32,000 bases of DNA from NCBI GenBank assembly GCA_021650915.1, contig CP091279.1:3060001-3092000 (forward strand). Reading direction: 5' to 3'. Below are positions 26,241-32,000 of this stretch, in pieces. The stretch is from Candidatus Brocadia sp. (GTDB lineage Bacteria; Planctomycetota; Brocadiia; Brocadiales; Brocadiaceae). A program made the translations under genes and the position numbers. Within the stretch, counting starts at the first letter, position 1. Every line of letters starts with the position of its first letter. The notes beneath the pieces were generated by a model. It did no database searches. It was not told the origin of the DNA and saw only the letters and a program-made list of their open reading frames with translations.

Positions 26241-26981
26241 CTAATGACGTGTATTGCTTGATAGATCAATGCGTGAATTCTCTATACTGGTAATACGCCC
26301 GTCGTCCATTTTGGCAATGCGGTCTGCAAATCCAAAGATACGGGCATCATGGGTAACGACAATTAACGCGCGGCCGATCCCAACGGCCACTTCGCGCAAC
26401 AGTTCCATAACCTTGTGGCCGGTCTCATGGTCGAGTGCGCTTGTGGGTTCATCGCATACAATGAGTTTTGGGTTGTGCAGCATCGCCCGTGCGATGGCGA
26501 CGCGCTGCTGCTGGCCACCGGAAAGCTCAGCGGGAACAGCGTTTGTGCGATCACTCAGTCCGACCCGGCAAAGGATTTCACGCGCCCGGCCTACTGCCTC
26601 GCGCCGTTTGGCGCCATTGATGATCAGAGGAACCGCAACATTTTCCGCTGCCGTCAGCGCCGGGATCAAATTGAACATCTGGAAAACGAATCCAATGTTC
26701 CTTCCTCGATACCGCGTCTTCTCCGGCGGATTCATCTGTTTGAAATCATAGCCAAATACCAGGCATTCACCGCCGTCGCGGTCTAAGACGCCGGCAATAA
26801 CAGAAATTAATGTGGTCTTACCGCAGCCCGATGGGCCGACCAGCATCATCAACTCACCCGTCCGCACCTCAAGGTCTACGCCGCAGAGGGCGTGCACCTG
26901 GTTGCTGCCGCTGCCGTAGCTCTTTGTCAGGCCTTTGCAATGTACTGCAATACTATTGTTGCCGGTCACGGTATTTTCCAA
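26241..26981 (-). CDS. ABC transporter ATP-binding protein (MacB/LolD/DevA type)
   Basis: Walker A GPSGCGKTT, signature LSGGQQQRVAIARA, Walker B LIVCDEPTSALD and the H-loop VTHD are all present. No ATG is available: the start is TTG 26981 or GTG 26969. Confidence 0.93.
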   Translation of the reverse strand: MENTVTGNNSIAVHCKGLTKSYGSGSNQVHALCGVDLEVRTGELMMLVGPSGCGKTTLISVIAGVLDRDGGECLVFGYDFKQMNPPEKTRYRGRNIGFVFQMFNLIPALTAAENVAVPLIINGAKRREAVGRAREILCRVGLSDRTNAVPAELSGGQQQRVAIARAMLHNPKLIVCDEPTSALDHETGHKVMELLREVAVGIGRALIVVTHDARIFGFADRIAKMDDGRITSIENSRIDLSSNTRH

Positions 26982-27030
26982 AAATGAGTTTGGTATTTTT
27001 AGTACGGGTTATGAATAAAATTAACCTATT

Positions 27031-27045
27031 AACCCTGACAGGGTT
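27031..27045. promoter_or_regulatory. 15-bp perfect palindrome AACCCTGACAGGGTT (possible operator)
   Basis: 7-bp arms around a central A. It overlaps a TTAACC-ta-TTAACC direct repeat (27021-27034) and lies 50-65 nt upstream of the ATPase start. Confidence 0.25.
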
Positions 27046-27098
27046 GGCTCACGATTTTGTGTTTCGCATTTTGTTTTTTGTGATCAAGAGATTACTTC

Positions 27099-27143
27099 AT
27101 CGTTTCACTCTCCGCAATGACCATTGCTTGTGGGTGAAACGAT
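27099..27143 (-). other. strong stem-loop immediately after the permease stop codon
   Basis: A 10-bp perfect stem, ATCGTTTCAC (27099-27108) with GTGAAACGAT (27134-27143), encloses a 25-nt loop. The loop contains the nested near-palindrome GCAATGACCATTGC (27114-27127). No U-run follows on the transcribed strand. Confidence 0.5.
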
Positions 27144-27146
27144 ATT

Positions 27147-28301
27147 CTAGTTCTTAAAGACAATCGCCGGCTCAAGCCGCACTACCTTCCACATGCTGAG
27201 CGCGGCAGAGCCAGCGCAGATCACCATAACCGCAACTGCGCTGAAGAGCAGGAGTTGCCAGGGTAAATGAAAGGAAAGTTCTGTACTGCCAGACGAAAGA
27301 CCCAAAACAGAAGCTATCCCCACACCGAGCCCGTATCCAATAGCGCCAACAGTCGCTGCCTGAAGCAAGATCATGCGCAGCAATGCGAAATCAGAGGCAC
27401 CCATTGCCTTGAGGGTGCCAAAGTAGCGGATATTATCCAGGGTAAAATTATAAAAAGTTTGTCCCGCAATGGCAACGCCCACAATAAAGCCAAGCACGAC
27501 CGTAGTCCCGAAATTAATGGGGATGCCGGTGTATTTCATGTAGTAGCGAACGGTAAGTGCTTGAAATCCCTCTCTCGTATAGGCGGCCAGTCCGGTTGCC
27601 TTCTGAATGCGCTGGCACAGGGCATGGATATCCTGACCAGGCTTTGCCTTCACCAGAACAAACGACATGAGTTTGCGCTCGCGCGGCGCAAAGACCGTTG
27701 CCCGTGAGAAAGTGGTATAAATGACCGGTTGCGACTGAAACGTCCGCTGTACCTGACAAATTCCCACCACGACGGCACGATGATCGTTCAGCTCCATGGT
27801 ATCTCCGATTCTCATGGGCACGCGGCTTCCATCGGGGAGAACTCTGGCAAGCTTGCTGTTGGCGCCAACGGTATTGATAATAACGGCGTCACTGCCGCGA
27901 AGGTCTGCCAGTTGTCCCTGCACCATTTTCGGCGGTCCGCCAATTAACGTTTCGTCATCGAGTCCGACGACGTTGCACGTCTGAAAGGTGCCATTGGGAA
28001 GCCGTGCCTTCAGCAGGCCTTTGTACAGCGGAACTGCCCAGGCCACTCCTTCCACACTCCGGACGCGAAGCGATTCAGTCTCTTTCAGTGGTTTCAGGTC
28101 GTCAATATACTGCACCTTCGGATCCATTACCCAGATATCGGGAAGCGTTGTGTCTGTGAGAAAGCCGAAGGTTCGTGTCATGAGACCAAGAAAGATAGCC
28201 GCCTGCTGGGTAATGAGCAACGAGGCAAAGGTCAGTCCAACAACAATGCCGATATATTTGGCCCGATTCCCGACGAGCATTTTTATTGCGATAAGGTTCA
28301 T
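27147..28301 (-). CDS. ABC transporter permease, FtsX/MacB-type (DevC-like)
   Basis: 384 aa. One N-terminal TM segment, a periplasmic domain of about 220 aa, then three C-terminal TM segments (FtsX fold). The N-terminus MNLIAIKMLVGNRAKYIGIVVGLTFASLL resembles DevC-type permeases. Confidence 0.88.
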   Translation of the reverse strand: MNLIAIKMLVGNRAKYIGIVVGLTFASLLITQQAAIFLGLMTRTFGFLTDTTLPDIWVMDPKVQYIDDLKPLKETESLRVRSVEGVAWAVPLYKGLLKARLPNGTFQTCNVVGLDDETLIGGPPKMVQGQLADLRGSDAVIINTVGANSKLARVLPDGSRVPMRIGDTMELNDHRAVVVGICQVQRTFQSQPVIYTTFSRATVFAPRERKLMSFVLVKAKPGQDIHALCQRIQKATGLAAYTREGFQALTVRYYMKYTGIPINFGTTVVLGFIVGVAIAGQTFYNFTLDNIRYFGTLKAMGASDFALLRMILLQAATVGAIGYGLGVGIASVLGLSSGSTELSFHLPWQLLLFSAVAVMVICAGSAALSMWKVVRLEPAIVFKN

Positions 28302-28340
28302 TTTCCGGCAACTCCCCGTGAACGAATCTGCCCGATTTTT

Positions 28341-29450
28341 TTAATGTAGTCCATGAAAGCGCCTGGAGGCAAGGTCTATCTTTGAACGCATCTTAACGTT
28401 AAAAATAAGGGAAAGGGCAATGAATGATGTGAGCATGGAAGAACCTCCATAACTCATGAATGGGAGCGTGATTCCAACAATGGGAGCAATCCCCAGCGTC
28501 ATGCAAATATTTGCTATAATTTGAGTTGCAAACATCGTAACCAGTCCAACAACGATAAGCCGTCCACACGGTTCCCGCGTACGCCGGGCAATACCAATGC
28601 CGCACGTGAGAAAGACGATGTAAAGAAGCAAGACAAAACATGATCGCAAAAATCCCCATTCTTCCGCAATAACCGCAAAGATAAAATCGGTATGCCGCTC
28701 CGGCAGAAATCGCATCTGATTCTGTGTGCCGTTGCCCCATCCGGCTCCCCATAAACCACCGGAACCAATAGCTATGAGAGACTGAAGCCGGTGGTAACCC
28801 GCCCCCCAATCAGCGGTTTTATCAGGCCAGAGAAACCCAACAATCCTTAATTTTTGATAGGGTTTTAACAAAAACAGCCAGAGTAACGGGGATACGGCTA
28901 TGCCAGCGCCAATGAAAATCACAAGTTGATAGAGCCGGATACCCGCTGTGTATAAGATGGCAACCAAGATCGGCATCATAACAAGCGCCGTACCAAGGTC
29001 CGGCTGCTTTACGATAAGCGCCATGGGAATACCGGTCAGGAGCAGGGAAATCCCGATATCAACGAATCCGAGTCCGTACTTTGGGTATCGGAGGAATTGT
29101 GCGAGGGTGATTACCAGGGTGATTTTCATGAATTCTGATGGCTGAATCGAAAAAGAACCGACGGAAAACCATCTCTGTGAACCTTTTACAGAACCGCCGA
29201 ATACCAGCAAGAGGATTAACAATAAGAGGACGACTCCATAGATGACATAAGCATAGTTGGCGACCAGGAGATAGTCCAAATAGAGGAGGGTAAAAAAGAG
29301 CGTAAATCCCATCAAAATCCAGACAAGTTGTTTCAACAAAAATTTATCAGACGATGCGCTCCAGACGAAAAAGACCCCCACCGTAAGAATAATGCATATT
29401 AAGGGAAACAATAACCAATCAAAATTTTTTATCCCGACCGTACTTTGCAT
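28341..29450 (-). CDS. rodA: SEDS-family peptidoglycan glycosyltransferase (RodA/FtsW)
   Basis: The track ORF (to 29591) carries a 47-aa non-homologous extension. The ATG at 29450 gives MQSTVGIKNFDWLLFPLICIILTVG, for 369 aa. Motifs GSQRWFSVGSFSIQPSEFMKI and LPFMSYGGSSMLT are present. There is no dcw-cluster context, so RodA is preferred over FtsW. Confidence 0.85.
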   Translation of the reverse strand: MQSTVGIKNFDWLLFPLICIILTVGVFFVWSASSDKFLLKQLVWILMGFTLFFTLLYLDYLLVANYAYVIYGVVLLLLILLLVFGGSVKGSQRWFSVGSFSIQPSEFMKITLVITLAQFLRYPKYGLGFVDIGISLLLTGIPMALIVKQPDLGTALVMMPILVAILYTAGIRLYQLVIFIGAGIAVSPLLWLFLLKPYQKLRIVGFLWPDKTADWGAGYHRLQSLIAIGSGGLWGAGWGNGTQNQMRFLPERHTDFIFAVIAEEWGFLRSCFVLLLYIVFLTCGIGIARRTREPCGRLIVVGLVTMFATQIIANICMTLGIAPIVGITLPFMSYGGSSMLTSFIALSLIFNVKMRSKIDLASRRFHGLH

Positions 29451-29585
29451 AAAAAATATTTTTACACAATCCGGCGGAAAAAGCAATACAATAAAAACCC
29501 GCCTTGCCAAGTGCTTTTGCTGATGAAAACCCTTGAAGAAAGCGATGAAAATAGCAAACGTTCTTTTACAAAAGTGAATATAAAT

Positions 29586-29613
29586 TTGCAATTTTCGACA
29601 AAAATACTACAAT
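29586..29613 (+). promoter_or_regulatory. candidate promoter for ugd
   Basis: TTGCAA (29586-29591), a 16-nt spacer, then TACAAT (29608-29613), in the divergent rodA/ugd spacer. It is a pattern match only. Confidence 0.3.
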
Positions 29614-29756
29614 AAAGGCCTATGTTACAGACCAAAGCAATCAAGGGAGAAAAAATTTTTCCCCTTCTTGATTGAGAAGCGTAGGTGGAGTTACTAAACC
29701 ATTGTTACCATGTTGCCTATTTCCTGAGAATACTTTTCGGAGAATACGATAAAGCC

Positions 29757-31142
29757 GTGTCTGATAGAAACTTCAAAAAAAATATACTCTGTATTGGTGC
29801 AGGATATGTTGGTGGGCCTACCATGGCCATGATTGCAGCTAAGTGTCCGCAATATAAAGTGACGGTTACGGATATAAACGCGCAAAAGATTATGGCATGG
29901 CAGACGGAAAAATTGCCCATTTATGAGCCCGGCTTATTGGATATTGTCAAGAAATCCCGGGGAAGAAATTTATTCTTTTCTACCGACATCGAGGAAAATA
30001 TCAGGAAGGCTGATATTATTTTTGTTTCTGTCAACACACCCACAAAAACGTATGGTAGCGGAGCGGGTAAAACCGCCGATCTGCAGTATTGGGAAAAAAC
30101 CGCAAGAAACATTGTTCGTATTGCAGAATCAGACAAAATCATTGTTGAAAAAAGCACGTTGCCTGTCCGAACTGCGGAGGCTATGGAACGGATTCTCAAT
30201 ACGATGAACAAAGGAATCCATTTTGATGTAATCTCGAACCCGGAATTTTTAGCCGAAGGGACTGCCATTTCTGATCTGGAAAACCCGGATCGTGTGCTTA
30301 TCGGATCCCATGAAACCGATAAGGGACGCAGGGCAAGGGAAGAAATTGTTGAAATCTACGCCAATTGGGTTCCGAGAGATCGGATTATTACCTGCGATGT
30401 CTGGAGTGCAGAACTTTCAAAGCTGGTGGCAAATGCCTTTTTGGCGCAAAGAATCTCCTCAATCAACAGCATCTCCGCCTTATGCGAAAGAACGCAGGCG
30501 GATGTCAAAAAGGTGGCGCACGCAATTGGCATGGATTCCCGGATTGGATCAAAATTTCTGAACGCAAGCGTTGGGTTCGGCGGGTCTTGCTTCCGGAAAG
30601 ACATCCTGAATTTAGTTTATATTTGTGAGCATTATGGTCTCCATGAAGTTGCACAATATTGGGAGAGCGTCGTAAAAATCAATGAGTACCAGGAAGGACG
30701 CTTTGTGAAAACCATGATCCATGCAATGTTCAACACGATTGCTCACAAACGTATTGCTCTCTTTGGTTTTGCCTTTAAAGCGAATACGGGTGATACGCGG
30801 GAATCACCGGCTATTTATGTTGTCAGAAAGTTGGTTGAAGAACATGCGCGTGTCGTGATCACTGACCCTGAAGCATTGCGCAATGCGGAGCAAGACTTAA
30901 AAGACTTACATGAGTATGTTGAGTTCGAACCTGATCCTTATAAGGCAGCACGGCATGCACATGCTATTGCAGTTACAACGGAATGGGATCAGTATAAGAC
31001 ACTGGATTATAAAAAAATTTTTGAAAACATGGAAAAGCCAGCCTTTCTTTTCGACGGTCGTAATATTTTAGATCATCAAAAAATCCATGAAATCGGCTTT
31101 AACGTTTATCCGATAGGAAAACAGTCTCTTGTCCATTTCTAA
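29757..31142 (+). CDS. ugd: UDP-glucose 6-dehydrogenase (long, eukaryote-like form)
   Basis: Rossmann motif ILCIGAGYVGGPT and catalytic Cys in GFGGSCFRKD. No in-frame ATG precedes the Rossmann motif. GTG 29757 gives (M)SDRNFKKNILCIGAG, the usual short N-terminus; GTG 29685 (track) is the alternative. Confidence 0.9.
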   Translation: MSDRNFKKNILCIGAGYVGGPTMAMIAAKCPQYKVTVTDINAQKIMAWQTEKLPIYEPGLLDIVKKSRGRNLFFSTDIEENIRKADIIFVSVNTPTKTYGSGAGKTADLQYWEKTARNIVRIAESDKIIVEKSTLPVRTAEAMERILNTMNKGIHFDVISNPEFLAEGTAISDLENPDRVLIGSHETDKGRRAREEIVEIYANWVPRDRIITCDVWSAELSKLVANAFLAQRISSINSISALCERTQADVKKVAHAIGMDSRIGSKFLNASVGFGGSCFRKDILNLVYICEHYGLHEVAQYWESVVKINEYQEGRFVKTMIHAMFNTIAHKRIALFGFAFKANTGDTRESPAIYVVRKLVEEHARVVITDPEALRNAEQDLKDLHEYVEFEPDPYKAARHAHAIAVTTEWDQYKTLDYKKIFENMEKPAFLFDGRNILDHQKIHEIGFNVYPIGKQSLVHF

Positions 31143-31206
31143 TTCTAAACTACGCAAGCGACTCAAAAAAATCCGGCATTCTGTATGTCTCCCTTTCCTA
31201 ACATGA

Positions 31207-31244
31207 GCTACGTTCGAATCAAATTGAATGTAGCGTCGTTTTTT
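31207..31244 (+). terminator. probable intrinsic terminator after ugd
   Basis: A 9-bp stem, GCTACGTTC (31207-31215) with GAATGTAGC (31226-31234), including one G-U pair, with a 10-nt loop. It is followed by GTCG then TTTTTT (31239-31244). Confidence 0.5.
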
Positions 31245-31263
31245 GATACTATTTTGATGCTCT

Positions 31264-32000
31264 ATGGAACAACTTACTCCCGCAAATTTCTTTAGCAAGG
31301 CGCGCATCCACGTCTTGCTCTTTATCGCAACGTTTTTAACTACCTATTATGTAAATGGTCCCTGGTACTCTGTTACCATCATGATGATACTGCTTTCTCA
31401 CGAATTAGGGCATTTTTTCATGTGTCGCAAGTATCATGTTGCCGCCACAATGCCTTATTTTCTCCCCCTTCCCTTTCCACCCTTTGGCACCTTTGGGGCG
31501 GTAATCAAAATGAAGGGGCTTATCCCCGACAAGAGGGCATTGTTTGATATCGGCGCCACAGGCCCGTTGATGGGTCTCTTCCTTTCCATCCCTGCGATTA
31601 TTATCGGTTTAAACCTCTCGGACGTGCGTCCCGTACCCACCGATACCTCTGATTACCTGGGACTGGGAGAACCCATTCTGTTTTCATTTATATCGAAACT
31701 GGTGTTTGGCCATTTGCCCGATGGAATGGATATTTATCTCCACCCTGTCGCCTTTGCGGGCTGGGCAGGACTCTTTGTCACGGCGCTCAATCTGCTGCCG
31801 ATTGGGCAGCTTGACGGCGGACACATCCTGTATGCCTTATTGGGCAAAAAGAGTGCGATTATCTATCGCATAGGCATCTTTATCTTTTGCGTAATAGCGA
31901 TCCTGGTATATCCCGGCTGGATGGTTTTTGCCATATTGCTCCTTATCTTTGGCTTCAGACATCCGGCTCCCATCGACGAAGTCTCCGGGCTCGACCTCAA
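31264..32000 (+). CDS. site-2 protease family (peptidase M50) membrane metalloprotease, 3' end outside the window
   Basis: Not in the ORF track because it is open-ended. The ATG at 31264 follows an in-frame TGA (31255-31257). It translates to MEQLTPANFFSKARIHVLLF...LLSHELGHFFMCRKY (HExxH) and later NLLPIGQLDGGHI, the second M50 metal-ligand motif. No stop occurs before position 32000. Confidence 0.9.
   Translation, partial: MEQLTPANFFSKARIHVLLFIATFLTTYYVNGPWYSVTIMMILLSHELGHFFMCRKYHVAATMPYFLPLPFPPFGTFGAVIKMKGLIPDKRALFDIGATGPLMGLFLSIPAIIIGLNLSDVRPVPTDTSDYLGLGEPILFSFISKLVFGHLPDGMDIYLHPVAFAGWAGLFVTALNLLPIGQLDGGHILYALLGKKSAIIYRIGIFIFCVIAILVYPGWMVFAILLLIFGFRHPAPIDEVSGLDL

Noticed and set aside
31207-31234. 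GTTCGAATC T-loop-like string suggesting a tRNA
   Set aside because: The flanking bases do not form a T-arm, and no acceptor, D or anticodon arms can be drawn. The sequence is better explained as the ugd terminator hairpin.
1-32000. CRISPR arrays, tRNA/rRNA genes, IS elements, integrases, toxin-antitoxin pairs, known defence systems
   Set aside because: I saw no regularly spaced direct repeats, no transposase, integrase or nuclease-type ORFs, and no small paired ORFs. Every large ORF is accounted for by housekeeping or envelope functions.

Overview
Gene-dense (about 90% coding by my gene calls), mostly housekeeping chromosomal segment of a diderm bacterium with moderate-to-low GC. 22 of 29 genes are on the minus strand. 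Left to right: fabF' (5' end only)-acpP-fabD-fabH-plsX-rpmF (a minus-strand lipid/ribosomal operon with no fabG and no yceD), alaS, recA, thpR, gltX, a short ORF that may be the N-terminal remnant of a larger protein, an OmpR-type response regulator plus PAS/HisKA sensor kinase, two low-GC small membrane proteins (one unknown, one bPH_2/YdbS-like), a TPR protein, a WbaP-type polyprenyl glycosylphosphotransferase, a B12-binding radical SAM enzyme, a class-V aminotransferase, comF, an LptF/G-family permease, folK, a TIGR03960-type radical SAM protein, a DevBCA/MacAB-like tripartite exporter in the order permease-ATPase-adaptor, rodA, a long-form UDP-glucose 6-dehydrogenase, and the 5' part of an M50 site-2 protease. 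Several track ORFs are over-extended at the N-terminus; I trimmed them to the start that fits family N-termini and neighbouring stop codons. I found no rRNA, tRNA, CRISPR array, IS/transposase, integrase or recognisable defence/toxin system, and no convincing novel multi-gene system: the window reads as core genome. Four observations are most worth a second look. (i) A nested inverted repeat of the GATTGC...GCAATGAC type at 14.36-14.45 kb creates phantom ORFs on both strands. (ii) The adaptor gene's membrane anchor lies upstream of any ATG/GTG/TTG and in frame with the preceding ATPase gene across a single TAG. (iii) A structured 165-bp spacer sits inside the exporter operon. (iv) A low-GC membrane-protein pair carries a perfect sigma70-consensus promoter. 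Taxonomic origin cannot be established from the sequence alone; a Planctomycetota/anammox-like source is only a guess.
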